This document shows positions 19,321 through 29,209 of a stretch of DNA of 64,000 nucleotides, piece after piece (within the stretch, counting starts at the first letter, position 1; each line of letters begins with the position of its first letter). Source of the DNA: Solirubrobacteraceae bacterium. Lineage in GTDB: Bacteria; Actinomycetota; Thermoleophilia; Solirubrobacterales; Solirubrobacteraceae. The notes under the pieces are model-generated. The model saw only the letters and a list, made by a program, of their open reading frames with translations. It was not told where the DNA came from and did not search any database. The DNA is taken from assembly GCA_035502815.1 (NCBI GenBank), contig DATJUA010000053.1:4415-68414 (forward strand). The letters are read 5' to 3'. A program made the position numbers and the translations under genes.

Positions 19321-20187
19321 ATGCGGATCGCGACCTGGAACGTCAACTCGCTCAAGCAGCGCCTTCCCCGGCTGCTGCCCTGGCTCGATCAGCGCCGGCC
19401 GGACGTGGTTTGCCTTCAGGAGACGAAGATCGCCGACGACGCGTTCATCGAGCTCTTGGGCGACGATCTGTCGGACCGTGGCTATCAGGCCGCGACCTAC
19501 GGCGAGGCGGCCTGGAACGGGGTGGCGATCCTCTCGCGCGTCGGACTCGAGGACGTCGTGCGCGGGCTCGACGGCGCGCCCGGGTTCCCGAACCCGGAGG
19601 CCCGCGCGGTGGCGGCCACCTGCTCCGGGGTCCACATCACCTCGGTGTATGTGCCCAACGGTCGCGCTCCCGACTCCGATCATTACCGCTACAAGCTGAA
19701 GTGGCTCGAGTCGCTCCGCAACGCGGTCGCCGCCGGACCAGACGCGCAGATCGTGTGCGGCGACATGAACATCGCCCCGACCGACGAGGACGTGTTCGAT
19801 CCCGAGGCGTACGTCGGCCACACCCACGTCACCGAACCGGAGCGCGCCGCGCTGGGCGAGATCGAGGCGCTCGGTCTGCACGATGTGGTGCGTGACCGGT
19901 GGCCGGGGAAACGCGTGTTCACCTACTGGGACTACCGGGCCGGGATGTTCCACCAGGACCTCGGGATGCGGATTGACTTGGTGCTCGCGAGCCAGCCCGT
20001 GGAAGCCCGCGTGAAGGCGGCCTGGATCGACCGCCAGGCGCGCAAGGGGAGTGGCCCGAGCGACCACGCGCCGGTGATCGTCGACCTCGACGAGGCGCCC
20101 GACGGGGACATCGGGCCCGTCGTGCCGCCGCCGTCCAACCCGGTGACCAAGCGCGGGTCGAAGAAGCTGCCCCAGGCGACTCCCTAG
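19321..20187 (+). CDS. xth: Exodeoxyribonuclease III / AP endonuclease
   Basis: ATWNVNS, LQETK, YVPNG, GDMN, RIDL and SDHAP motifs. Confidence 0.93.
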   Translation: MRIATWNVNSLKQRLPRLLPWLDQRRPDVVCLQETKIADDAFIELLGDDLSDRGYQAATYGEAAWNGVAILSRVGLEDVVRGLDGAPGFPNPEARAVAATCSGVHITSVYVPNGRAPDSDHYRYKLKWLESLRNAVAAGPDAQIVCGDMNIAPTDEDVFDPEAYVGHTHVTEPERAALGEIEALGLHDVVRDRWPGKRVFTYWDYRAGMFHQDLGMRIDLVLASQPVEARVKAAWIDRQARKGSGPSDHAPVIVDLDEAPDGDIGPVVPPPSNPVTKRGSKKLPQATP

Positions 20188-20349
20188 TGGGTCGACGGGA
20201 AACGTTTCGCCCGGAAGGCCGAGGCCGGGGGCCGTCAGGCGAGGACGCAGGATCCGACGCGTAGCAGCGCTACGCGAGGATCCGAGGACAAAGCCTGGCG
20301 GTCATCCGGGCCGGCATTACGGGTGGAACGTTTTCAGGAGCCCCACTAG
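20184..20349. mobile_element. Putative MITE / long nested palindrome
   Basis: Ends ctagtggg and cccactag. Nested arms: aaacgtt/aacgttt, gccgtcaggc/gcctggcggt, ggatcc/ggatcc, cgcgtagc/gctacgcg. No ORF. Confidence 0.6.
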
Positions 20350-20362
20350 CTCCGGCCCGGGT

Positions 20363-21430
20363 TCACGGCCGCGGTCGGTCGCGGTCCCGCGAAGGCTGGA
20401 CGCGCTTTGGTTCGCCCGGCATCTTCGGGTAGTCGGGCGGATAGGGCATGTCGCCCAGACCATTGCCCAGGTCCCGTTCGTAGCAGTCCAACAATGGCTG
20501 GAGCGAGTGCGACACGTCGTCGATCTCGGCCTGGCGGTCTCCCAGCTGGGCGAACCGCGTCGGCATCGTCGCGACCGTGAAGTCCTCGGGCGCGACGGTG
20601 GGGAGCTCGTCCCACTCAAGCGGCGCCGACACCGTGGCGCCCGGCTTGGGCCGGATGCTGTAGGCCGACGCGATCGTCCGGTCGCGCGCATTCTGGTTGT
20701 AGTCGATGAAGATGCGCTCGCCTCGCTCTTCCTTCCACCAGCTCGTCGTGACCTGGTCGGGGAAGCGGCGCTCGAGCTCGCGACCGAAGGCGATCGCCGC
20801 ATGGCGGACGTCGGTGAACGTCCAGAGCGGCTCGATCCGGATGTAGATGTGGATGCCGCGGCCGCCCGAGGTCTTGGGAAAGCCGCGATAGCCGAGCTCC
20901 TCGAGCAGGGAGCGGGCCTCGCGGGCGACCCTCGCCGCGTCTTCGAAATCGGTTCCGGGCTGCGGGTCAAGATCGAGGCGCAGCTCGTCGGGGTGGTCGA
21001 CGTCCTGACGGCGAACCGGCCACGGGTGGAAGGTGATCGTGCCCATCTGAGCCGCCCAGGCGACGACGGCGATCTCGGTGGGGCAGATCTCGTTGGCGCG
21101 GCGCCCGGAGGGGAACGCGATCTGGGCGGTCTCGACGTAGTCGGGAGCTCCCTTGGGCACCCGCTTCTGGTAGAAGGCGTCGCCCACCCGGCCCTCGCGG
21201 GTTGACAGCACCATCCCGGGATAGACGCCCTTGGGCCACCGCTCGAGCGTTGTCGGCCGGCGGTTCAGCGCGCGCATGATCCCGCCGTCGACGGCCAGGT
21301 AGTAGTTGACGATGTCGAGCTTGGTGACCGCGGCGGTGCGGTCGGTCGGCGGGAAGATGACCCGGTCCGGGTTGGAGACGCGCACATCCTGCCCGCCGGC
21401 GTCGACGATCGTTTCGGGCAGCGTGGGCAT
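20363..21430 (-). CDS. LigD polymerase-domain / PrimPol-C type DNA primase-polymerase
   Basis: VSNPDRVIFP, FYQKR, PDELRLDLDP, KTSGGRGIH and FIDYNQNARDRTIASAYS motifs. Confidence 0.9.
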   Translation of the reverse strand: MPTLPETIVDAGGQDVRVSNPDRVIFPPTDRTAAVTKLDIVNYYLAVDGGIMRALNRRPTTLERWPKGVYPGMVLSTREGRVGDAFYQKRVPKGAPDYVETAQIAFPSGRRANEICPTEIAVVAWAAQMGTITFHPWPVRRQDVDHPDELRLDLDPQPGTDFEDAARVAREARSLLEELGYRGFPKTSGGRGIHIYIRIEPLWTFTDVRHAAIAFGRELERRFPDQVTTSWWKEERGERIFIDYNQNARDRTIASAYSIRPKPGATVSAPLEWDELPTVAPEDFTVATMPTRFAQLGDRQAEIDDVSHSLQPLLDCYERDLGNGLGDMPYPPDYPKMPGEPKRVQPSRDRDRPRP

Positions 21431-21496
21431 CCCGTGAAGTTCTACCGGTCGGCTGCCATGACGACGGAACGCCTCCATTATCCTGGCGGCCAGGCG

Positions 21497-22639
21497 ATGG
21501 ACGCGACGCAGCGACTGCGGGCGGTACAGGCCTCGACGTCAACCGAAAAGCTGACCCAGGCGCTGGAAGATCCGAGCCCCGAGGTGGTTCGCGCAGCCAT
21601 CGGTCGCCTCGTCGATCTGCGTGGACACGCCGCGGCGAACGCGTTGCGCGCTGCGCTGTTCGACGTTGACCTCTCTGTTGTCGGCGACATCGCGAAGGCG
21701 CTGCAACGAGTGGGCGACGGCGGGGTCGCCGAGATGGCGATCGAAGCGCTCGGCGACGAACGATCGACACGACGCCTCGCCGCCATCCGTGCCCTCGGGG
21801 CGATCTCGACGGCACGAGCCGCCAGCTGGCTGCAAAGTGCGTTGGACGACGATGTCGCGGGAGTGCGCTCGGCGAGTCTCGACGCGCTCGCCCGGCTCGG
21901 GGAGCACGCCAGCCCGGCCGCGGCGCCCGCTTGCGCCCGGTTGCTCCACGATCCCCTCCCGCACGTGCGGATTGCTGCGGTACGCGCGGTGGCCCGACTG
22001 GAGCCCCATCCCGGAGCCTTGCTGGCTCCCGCCGCAAATGACGCGGATCGGCTCGTCCGGCTCGAGGTTGCCGGCCACGTCGCGAGCCTTCCTGAGAGCG
22101 CGGCCAAGTCGTTGCTCGCGGACCCCGACCTCCGGGTGAGGGAGGCGGCGGCGCGCGCGGCGGGCACGCGAGAGGTCGGCGCACTCGCGTTGCTTCTCAC
22201 CGACGATCCGGCCCACGACGTTCGGCGCGCAGCAGCGCGCGCGCTCGGAGCGACGCGAGATGACCGCGTCGCCGACGTGCTGCTCCCGGGTCTAGAGGAT
22301 CCGGACGCGCTCGTGCGCGCAGCCGTCTTGCGTGCGCTGGAGGAGATCCTGACCCGGGCAACGGCGGTGAGACGGCTATGTGCTGAGCTCGCCAGCGAGC
22401 GAGCCGAGCGGCGGAGGGTCACCGTGTACGCGCTGGCCCATCTGAGCGCCCGTGAGGCCGCGCACGACCTGGCGCGCCTCGCCGACGATCCCGATCCGGA
22501 CGTCCGCCTCGCGCTGATCGCCAGCGCCGAGGTTCTCTTTGATGAGCCGGGCGCCTTGATGCGTTACCTGCGGTCGGACGCGGACCCGGCCGTCAGACAA
22601 GCGGCAGGGATGTGGCTGCTGCGAGCAGGGCGCCGGTGA
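21497..22639 (+). CDS. HEAT-repeat protein
   Basis: About ten L.D.D..VR.AA..AL repeats; alternative ATG at 21458. Confidence 0.85.
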   Translation: MDATQRLRAVQASTSTEKLTQALEDPSPEVVRAAIGRLVDLRGHAAANALRAALFDVDLSVVGDIAKALQRVGDGGVAEMAIEALGDERSTRRLAAIRALGAISTARAASWLQSALDDDVAGVRSASLDALARLGEHASPAAAPACARLLHDPLPHVRIAAVRAVARLEPHPGALLAPAANDADRLVRLEVAGHVASLPESAAKSLLADPDLRVREAAARAAGTREVGALALLLTDDPAHDVRRAAARALGATRDDRVADVLLPGLEDPDALVRAAVLRALEEILTRATAVRRLCAELASERAERRRVTVYALAHLSAREAAHDLARLADDPDPDVRLALIASAEVLFDEPGALMRYLRSDADPAVRQAAGMWLLRAGRR

Positions 22640-22642
22640 TCC

Positions 22643-24658
22643 TCACAACGGATACACGGCATACGCGATCACGACGACCACGAACACATAGAAGAGGTAC
22701 AGGTTCACGTCACCGCTCTGGATCGGTCTCACCAGGTCCGCGAGCTTCTGCACGAGCCTGATCACCGGTCGGTAGAGGTAGAGCTCGAAGATGGGAGTCA
22801 CCTGGAATCGATAGTGCACGGGCCCCGAGCGTCCCGCTGGGTCGTCCGAAGCGCGCTCGACATGGATGCTCGGTCGATACAAAGGCTCGAATGTGACCCG
22901 AACCGGGTTGGCATGGGTGGTGGCGGTGTATTGCATCCGCGGTCTGAACGACACGATCCCGCCGTCCCACGCCGGTACGCGGCGGTTCCGGGCGAGTGGC
23001 TTGCCGGCGAGGAAGATCAGGATCGGGACCGCGCTGATCGCGACCAGGAACGCGGCGAGGTAGGTGGGCGAGAACTCCGAGAACTGGGTGTGGGCGGGGA
23101 TCACGCCCAGCTGCGGGACGATCAGTTTCGACTGGATGTAGATCCCGGCGGTCACGCGTGCCACCCGGTCCAGCGCGGTGAGTACCAGCGGGGCGCCGAT
23201 GCCAAGGAAGACGCAGGCGCCGGCGAGAAGTGCCGGACCGGCGACCGGCTCCCGGGCCTCGCGGGCGCTGGCCGCCTGGCCGGATCTGGGCATGCCGAGG
23301 AAGGGAATCCCGTAGGAACGGACGAACGCGTTGATCGCCAGCCCGCCCGTGAGCGCGATCACCGCTCCCGCAATCACGATGAGGATTCCCACGAGGTGGC
23401 TCGAGATGCGGAAGCCCTGGAAGAGCCCCTGGAACAGCAGCCACTCCGAGACGAAACCGTTGAGCGGCGGAAGCGCCGCGATCGCGACCGTGCCGATCAG
23501 GCTGATAACGGCGGTGCGCGGAAGCCGGCGGATCAGGCCCCCGAGCCGGTCGAGATCCCGGGTTCCCGTCGCGTGCTCGATCACGCCTGCCTCGAGGAAC
23601 AGCAGCGTCTTGTACGTGCCGTGGTTGACCGTGTGGTAGAGCGCCACGATCAGCAGGAAAGCGCCAATCGCGCGTTGCCCGTAGGCCGTGAACGTCATGC
23701 CGGCCCCCAGCGCGGTAACGATGATCCCGATGTTCTCGATGCTCGAGTAGGCGAGGAACCGCTTCAGGTCACGCTCCATGAGCGCGTACAGGATCCCGAG
23801 CACGGCAGAGATTGCGCCGAACCCCATCGTCAGCACACCCCACCATGCCGGTCCGCCCGGCAGCAGGGTGAAGCCGAACAGCGCGATGCCGTAGACCCCG
23901 AGCTTGATGATCAGCCCAGACAGGAACGCCGACCCGTCGGCCGGTGCGACCGGGTGGGCGGCGGGAAGCCAGATGTGAAATGGGACCAGTCCGGCCTTGA
24001 ATGCGAAACCGAACAGCGCGAGGAGGAACGCGGCCGACCGCCATCCAGCGTGCACGCGCGAGGCGCGGGCAGCGATCGTGACCAGGTCGAGCGTGCCGGT
24101 CTGGGCCGCCAGGATCGCGAACGCCAGCACGATCAGCACGAAGCCGACCTCGCTGAGCGCGATGAACAGGAACGCACCGCTCGCGACACCGGGCCGGTCG
24201 TGGTGGCGCAAGATCAGCAGGTAGCACAGCAGCGCCATCGTCTCCCAGGCGACGAGGAACGCCACGACGTTCGCCGCGATCAGCACTGCCAGCGAGGCCA
24301 GCAGTGCCAGGTTGTAGACGACGAGGTAGAGGGCAGTCCCGCGAGCCGGCTTGTGATAACGGGGGGCGTAGAAGGCAATCGCACCGGCAACCAAACCGAG
24401 CAACGCGATGAACGGTGCGGCAAGCGGCGCGAGATGGAATTTCGCGCCGCCGACCGTCGCGGATCCGAGCGCCAGGGTGGGCCCGGCGCCGTGGACGGCC
24501 AGGAGCACCCCGCACGTCGCGGCGCCGCCGCCGCCGATTCCGGACAGCACGGCGGAGCCCACGAGTCCCAATCGGCGCGTGGCGGCCAGGCCAAGGATTG
24601 CGGCGGCGAGCCACGCGGCGCAGGCCCCGACTGCCAGCGCGCCGATCGCGTGTGTCAC
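22643..24658 (-). CDS. hyfB: Ehr/Hyf complex 1, HyfB-like antiporter (NuoL/MrpA family) subunit
   Basis: Multi-TM. FLVAWE, KAGLVPFHIWLP.AH, LAYSSIEN, NHG.YK..LF and LPPLNGFVSEW motifs. Confidence 0.88.
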   Translation of the reverse strand: MTHAIGALAVGACAAWLAAAILGLAATRRLGLVGSAVLSGIGGGGAATCGVLLAVHGAGPTLALGSATVGGAKFHLAPLAAPFIALLGLVAGAIAFYAPRYHKPARGTALYLVVYNLALLASLAVLIAANVVAFLVAWETMALLCYLLILRHHDRPGVASGAFLFIALSEVGFVLIVLAFAILAAQTGTLDLVTIAARASRVHAGWRSAAFLLALFGFAFKAGLVPFHIWLPAAHPVAPADGSAFLSGLIIKLGVYGIALFGFTLLPGGPAWWGVLTMGFGAISAVLGILYALMERDLKRFLAYSSIENIGIIVTALGAGMTFTAYGQRAIGAFLLIVALYHTVNHGTYKTLLFLEAGVIEHATGTRDLDRLGGLIRRLPRTAVISLIGTVAIAALPPLNGFVSEWLLFQGLFQGFRISSHLVGILIVIAGAVIALTGGLAINAFVRSYGIPFLGMPRSGQAASAREAREPVAGPALLAGACVFLGIGAPLVLTALDRVARVTAGIYIQSKLIVPQLGVIPAHTQFSEFSPTYLAAFLVAISAVPILIFLAGKPLARNRRVPAWDGGIVSFRPRMQYTATTHANPVRVTFEPLYRPSIHVERASDDPAGRSGPVHYRFQVTPIFELYLYRPVIRLVQKLADLVRPIQSGDVNLYLFYVFVVVVIAYAVYPL

Positions 24659-25167
24659 TTCGCACTCCCGGCGTCGAGGTCCAACGACAGCGCGCAGACG
24701 CGCTCCTCAAGCCGCCCAACGGCGACGAGCAGGCCCTGGAGGAGGGCGAGCGGGCTCGGCGGGCAGCCGGGCACGACCACGTCGACCGGCACGACACGAT
24801 CGATTGCGCCGTGGATCAACTCGTCTTCGGGGTACACCCCGCCGAGCGCACACGCGCCAACCGCGATCACCGCCTTCGGGTCCGGCGTGGCGTGGTACGC
24901 CTTGCGCAGCAAGTTCTCAGCGGCGCGCACCGCGGGTCCGGTCACCATCAGAACGTCGGCGTGACGCGGCGCGGGGGTGAAGAAGAACCCCAGCCTGTGC
25001 AGGTCGTAGTGGGGTGCGGCGAGGAGGCGGATCTCGGATTCGCAGACCGCGCACGACCCGGTGTCGACCGTCCGGATGTGAAGGCTCCGGCCGAACAGGC
25101 GCAGCGCGCGGCGCCTGAGCTCGTCCGAGAGCTCCTCGGGCTCCCGGCCTGGTGCGACGTCAGCCAC
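24655..25167 (-). CDS. Ehr/Hyf complex 1, NuoB/HyfI-like small Fe-S subunit
   Basis: GTG at 25167. DTGSCAVCESE, PRHAD, GACA and PGCPP: all four Cys ligands present. Confidence 0.88.
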   Translation of the reverse strand: MADVAPGREPEELSDELRRRALRLFGRSLHIRTVDTGSCAVCESEIRLLAAPHYDLHRLGFFFTPAPRHADVLMVTGPAVRAAENLLRKAYHATPDPKAVIAVGACALGGVYPEDELIHGAIDRVVPVDVVVPGCPPSPLALLQGLLVAVGRLEERVCALSLDLDAGSAK

Positions 25168-25510
25168 TGCGCATCCCGTCGTCGCCGCGGATCGGCACGC
25201 GCTTGAACAGCGCCGCGCGAACGCCCGTCGCGAGCAGGAACTCGCCGCTGGGTTCGACCACCCCGTCGGCGACGTCCAGGCAGCGCCCACACGCGGTACA
25301 GCGGCCAAGGTCGACTACCAGCTCACGATCCTCGCGGGCGAGCGCGCCCGCCGGGCACGCTTGCGCCAGCCGATCGGCAATCTGGGTAGTCAGACGCGCC
25401 GAATGGAACGCGGGTGCGCTGGGCAGCGCCCTCGCCCAGGGGTCGATGGACTTCGGGTAGCGCGTGGTGGCAATACCCCGGCGCAGGCCCCGGTAGAACC
25501 AGAACGCCAT
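25160..25510 (-). CDS. Ehr/Hyf complex 1, short HyfH/NuoI-like ferredoxin
   Basis: TTRYP, ACPAGAL and RCTACGRC: ligands for one 4Fe-4S cluster only. Confidence 0.8.
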   Translation of the reverse strand: MAFWFYRGLRRGIATTRYPKSIDPWARALPSAPAFHSARLTTQIADRLAQACPAGALAREDRELVVDLGRCTACGRCLDVADGVVEPSGEFLLATGVRAALFKRVPIRGDDGMRSG

Positions 25511-27033
25511 CAGCGAGCGAAGCCGGCCACGGTCAGCCAGAAGCTGGCCTCGATGATCGGGATGTCGGTGAACACGTTCTGCGCCCGGGCCGCGTCGTCG
25601 AACGCCCGCCAGTTACGAACCGAGGCTGGGCGCAGACGCACTTGGTCGATGCGGCCCTCGTGATCGAGTGACACCCAGGCGAGCGCCTCACCGCGTGGCG
25701 ATTCGGCCCAGCCAAGTCCCGCGCCCGCTCCAGGCGATACCGGTTCTGCCTCGGCGCCCGCCTCGGCTAGGTGGCCAGTGATAAGCCGCGATGCCTCCTC
25801 GACCTCGTCCACCATGACGCTCATCCGTGCCAGCACGTCGCCCCCTTCGCGCGTCCGCACGGCGGGCGCCGGATCGTCGCCCGCGCCGGTGGGGTGGTCG
25901 CGACGGGCGTCGATGGCCTGGGCGGACGCGCGCGCGACGGGGCCGACCAGGGACAGGCGGTGAGCATTCTCCGGGGTGACGATTCCGGTGGACTCGAGCC
26001 GGTCGACGTGTGAGTTCGTGACGAGCAGCGCCTCGACTACGTAACGGAACTCGTCGAGGACTCGGGGTAGCCGCTCCTGGATCTGACCGGCGTCGGGTGC
26101 TCGGCGGACGCCGCCGGGAGAGACGACGCCGAACAGGTAGCGGTGGCCGAAGGCAGCCAGGTTCAAACGCAGCAGCTCCTCGAGCACGATCTCGCTGCGT
26201 GCCTGACCGACGGACAGGCCAGTCGTCTGACACATAGCGGCAATCGCGGCGGCGTGGTTGTAGATCCGCTCGAGCTCGAGCGCGACCGCCCTCGTGTGTG
26301 CGGCTGCCTCCGGGAGCTCGGTGCCGGAAGCCATCTCAACTGCCCGGCAGAACGCAAGCGTGTCACCGACCGAGGAGAGTCCATCCGCGCGTTCGGAGTA
26401 GAAGGACGCTCGGTCCGGATCGAGCCCTCTCAGTCGACGTTCCACGCCGCGGTGCTTGTGCCACTGGAACACATATACGTCGAGCACCTCTTCGCCCGTG
26501 GTCACCAGGCCGAAGTACAGAGACTCCCACCCGGTCACGCGAACCGGCCCGAATGGAAACTCGAACGCCTCGCCGGTCACCACGTGCGGCTCGTAGTCGC
26601 GCGCGAGCCTTCTGCCCTCTCGTCGCTGCAAGCGCGGGAACAGGTCGGAGTGATGAGGCGGGACGAGAACCCGGTTCATCCGCTTGCCGTTGTCCGGCCG
26701 GGCCCCGTACTGCTCGTAGATCTCACACTCCTCGACGAACGCGGCCGGATCAAGGTCCGACAGGGGAGGGAAGTGATCCTCCTCGAGCTCGCACTCGAGG
26801 ATCACGTAGCGGCTCTCAGCGTCGAGCGCGTACACGCTGCGCAGGACAAGCCCTCCGTCCCCGCGATCCTCGGCGAACAGGTCGGCCAACCGTGCGTCGT
26901 GCTCGGTCCAGAGCTCATGACTGAGGCAGGCAAGCCGGGCGGTCTCGACACGCTCGGTCCTGACGCGGTCGGTACCCGGCAGCAGCGCCACCCCGTCGCC
27001 GTTCACGCTCGTCTGCGGAGTACGGTCGTTCAC
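25510..27033 (-). CDS. Ehr/Hyf complex 1, HyfG/HycE-like (NuoC+D) large subunit lacking NiFe ligands
   Basis: FPFGPVR, HKHRGVE, LELERIYNH, GPVARAS and ESPRGE present. ERADGLSS and SFWLTVAGFAR replace both CxxC motifs. Confidence 0.88.
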   Translation of the reverse strand: MNDRTPQTSVNGDGVALLPGTDRVRTERVETARLACLSHELWTEHDARLADLFAEDRGDGGLVLRSVYALDAESRYVILECELEEDHFPPLSDLDPAAFVEECEIYEQYGARPDNGKRMNRVLVPPHHSDLFPRLQRREGRRLARDYEPHVVTGEAFEFPFGPVRVTGWESLYFGLVTTGEEVLDVYVFQWHKHRGVERRLRGLDPDRASFYSERADGLSSVGDTLAFCRAVEMASGTELPEAAAHTRAVALELERIYNHAAAIAAMCQTTGLSVGQARSEIVLEELLRLNLAAFGHRYLFGVVSPGGVRRAPDAGQIQERLPRVLDEFRYVVEALLVTNSHVDRLESTGIVTPENAHRLSLVGPVARASAQAIDARRDHPTGAGDDPAPAVRTREGGDVLARMSVMVDEVEEASRLITGHLAEAGAEAEPVSPGAGAGLGWAESPRGEALAWVSLDHEGRIDQVRLRPASVRNWRAFDDAARAQNVFTDIPIIEASFWLTVAGFAR

Positions 27034-28514
27034 GAGATGGCATGGATCGAGTGCATGATCAGGCGGTCCAAGCCGCCCGGGATCCACAACCCGAGGAGCA
27101 GGAGCAGGACGAGCCCGGCGATGAGCGGCGTCCCCGCGAGCAGCCGACCGGACCTGTCGCGGTAGGCCGGCTCGCCTGTCGGCCGGGCCGGCGAGCCGCC
27201 GAGAGCCATCTCGGCTGCCGCGCCGACCAGCGCGACGAACACGATCGCGAGCAGAACGAGAAGCGCCGCAACCAGCACGATGCTCGATCGCGCAAGACCG
27301 GCACGGACGATCGTGAACTCGCTCACGAACAGCCCGAACGGGGGAGACCCGGCCACGGCAAGCGCCGCCAGCAAGAGAACCGCACCGGTAAGGGGCGTCA
27401 CGCTCAGGACTCCGCTCACCTCGTCGATCAGTCGGGTTCGGTAGCGCAGCACGAGGTCGCCACTGGTGAGGAACAGGACCGCCTTTCCAATCGCGTGGGT
27501 GAGCGTGTGCAGCAACGCTCCGTAGAGGCCGAGCACACCCCCGAAGCCGAGAGCAATCGAGATGATCCCCATGTGCTCGACCGACGAATAGGCGAACAGC
27601 CGCTTGTAGTTGCCCCGCAGCACGATGAACAGCGCGCCGATGATCACCGAGGCGAAGCCGAAGACGAGCAGAATGCGGGCCGCGAAGTGTGTTCCCAGCT
27701 CGGCGTGTGTGAGCGCTTGGAAGCGGATGATCGCGTACATACCGGTGTTGAGCAGGGCCGCGGAGAGCATCGCGCTGGCCGGGCTCGGCGCCTCCGAGTG
27801 CGCATCGGGCAACCAGGTGTGCATCGGCACCAGCCCCACCTTGGTCCCATAGCCGATCAGCGCCAGCAGGAAGGCGAGCCGCAGGCTCTCGCCGCTCAGT
27901 CCACCCGAGTGCGCGAACAGGTATGACCAGGTCAGATGCTCGGTGGGAGAGCCAGGAAGCCGGCTTGCCGCGAAGTACAGGAACAGCGTCCCGACGAGCG
28001 CGATCGTCACTCCGAAGGAGCTGATGATGATGTACTTCCAGGCGGCTTCGAGTGACACCGGCTTTCCCTCCAGGCCCACGAGTACGCAGCTTGCCAGCGT
28101 GCTCGCCTCGATCAGCACCCACAGCAGCCCGAGGTTGCCGGTCTCGAAGGAGGCGAGCATCATCGATGCGAAGATCGCGAAGAAGATGAAGTACAGCCGC
28201 ACCTGCAGCGGGCTCAGCTCGCCGCGCTGCTCCTCGGCCCGCATGTAGGCGGCCGAGCCGACGCTGGCCAGTCCGACCACGAGTGCGATCGTGACCAGGA
28301 AGAAGCCGCTCAGCGGGTCCAGGTAGAGGAACCCGCTCAGTCCGTGCACGCGGCGACCGCCACCGACGTGGACCGTCAGCGCGACCGCGACCGCGAGGGT
28401 GGCCACGCCCGCGAAGACAGCCGTCACGCCGAGCGGCCGAGCCCGAGCGGTGAGCGCACTTGCGAAGGCCGGCAGCAACGGCAGCAGCACGACGATGAGC
28501 GCGAGGACCGTCAT
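27030..28514 (-). CDS. hyfF: Ehr/Hyf complex 1, HyfF-like antiporter subunit
   Basis: WVLIEAST, EAAWKY, GYGTKVGLVPMHTWLPDAHSEAP and AYSSVEH motifs. Confidence 0.9.
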   Translation of the reverse strand: MTVLALIVVLLPLLPAFASALTARARPLGVTAVFAGVATLAVAVALTVHVGGGRRVHGLSGFLYLDPLSGFFLVTIALVVGLASVGSAAYMRAEEQRGELSPLQVRLYFIFFAIFASMMLASFETGNLGLLWVLIEASTLASCVLVGLEGKPVSLEAAWKYIIISSFGVTIALVGTLFLYFAASRLPGSPTEHLTWSYLFAHSGGLSGESLRLAFLLALIGYGTKVGLVPMHTWLPDAHSEAPSPASAMLSAALLNTGMYAIIRFQALTHAELGTHFAARILLVFGFASVIIGALFIVLRGNYKRLFAYSSVEHMGIISIALGFGGVLGLYGALLHTLTHAIGKAVLFLTSGDLVLRYRTRLIDEVSGVLSVTPLTGAVLLLAALAVAGSPPFGLFVSEFTIVRAGLARSSIVLVAALLVLLAIVFVALVGAAAEMALGGSPARPTGEPAYRDRSGRLLAGTPLIAGLVLLLLLGLWIPGGLDRLIMHSIHAIS

Positions 28515-29203
28515 TCGGTCAGCTGCCTCAGCTCGGGGGCACTCGCCTCGGCGAGCTGGCGGGCCAGTCCGGAGACGAAGGCGATCATGATCAACACGGC
28601 GGCCACCAGGTCAAGGAAGACGCCGGCCTCGACGATGAACGGGAAGGTCGCCACCGTGGCGATCGCGCCGAGGAACACGCCGTTCTCGATGATCAGCCAC
28701 CCGATCAGCTGCGCGATCGTGTGTCGGCGCACGACCATGCAGAGCGCGCCCAGCAGGATCACAGCGGTAGAGATGGGCAACACCGCCTCGGCCACGAATG
28801 CGTTACCCACGGTGCCCGCGCGGATGACCAGGAAGGCAAAGGCGGTCAGGAAGGCACCGACGATCAACGAGGTCGACAGACCCGTGGAGAGGGCGATGTC
28901 ACGCTTGAGGGCGAAGCGCTCGATCAGGAAGTGCCGAGTTCCATACGGGATCCCGATGCCCTTGATCGCGAACGTCAGCGCCGCCAGCGCCCAGAGCCCG
29001 GCGTCGTGCTGATGAATCGCCACGACCGCCGCGCCAAACGAGAGCACGATCGACTGCGCGCCGTAGTAGATCACGTATCGGTCGAACAGCTTCGAGCCCA
29101 GGCAGGCAAACGCGCAAAGCAGAATCGTGACCGCCGCGATGTCGAGCAGTACCCCTTCCGGAGAACTGGCTGACAGGCTCTGGATGACGGCAACCGTGCG
29201 CAT
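28511..29203 (-). CDS. hyfE: Ehr/Hyf complex 1, HyfE-like membrane subunit
   Basis: Hydrophobic; YGAQS, IKG..IP, QLIG.L..ENG and VEAG..LD motifs. Confidence 0.85.
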   Translation of the reverse strand: MRTVAVIQSLSASSPEGVLLDIAAVTILLCAFACLGSKLFDRYVIYYGAQSIVLSFGAAVVAIHQHDAGLWALAALTFAIKGIGIPYGTRHFLIERFALKRDIALSTGLSTSLIVGAFLTAFAFLVIRAGTVGNAFVAEAVLPISTAVILLGALCMVVRRHTIAQLIGWLIIENGVFLGAIATVATFPFIVEAGVFLDLVAAVLIMIAFVSGLARQLAEASAPELRQLTE

Positions 29204-29209
29204 GCTTGG

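Noticed and set aside
22814-24964. Long antisense/shadow ORFs (also 16346..17689, 40076..41695, 48490..49986 and others)
   Set aside because: High-GC artefacts overlapping well-supported genes, with Arg/Pro/Ala-rich composition.
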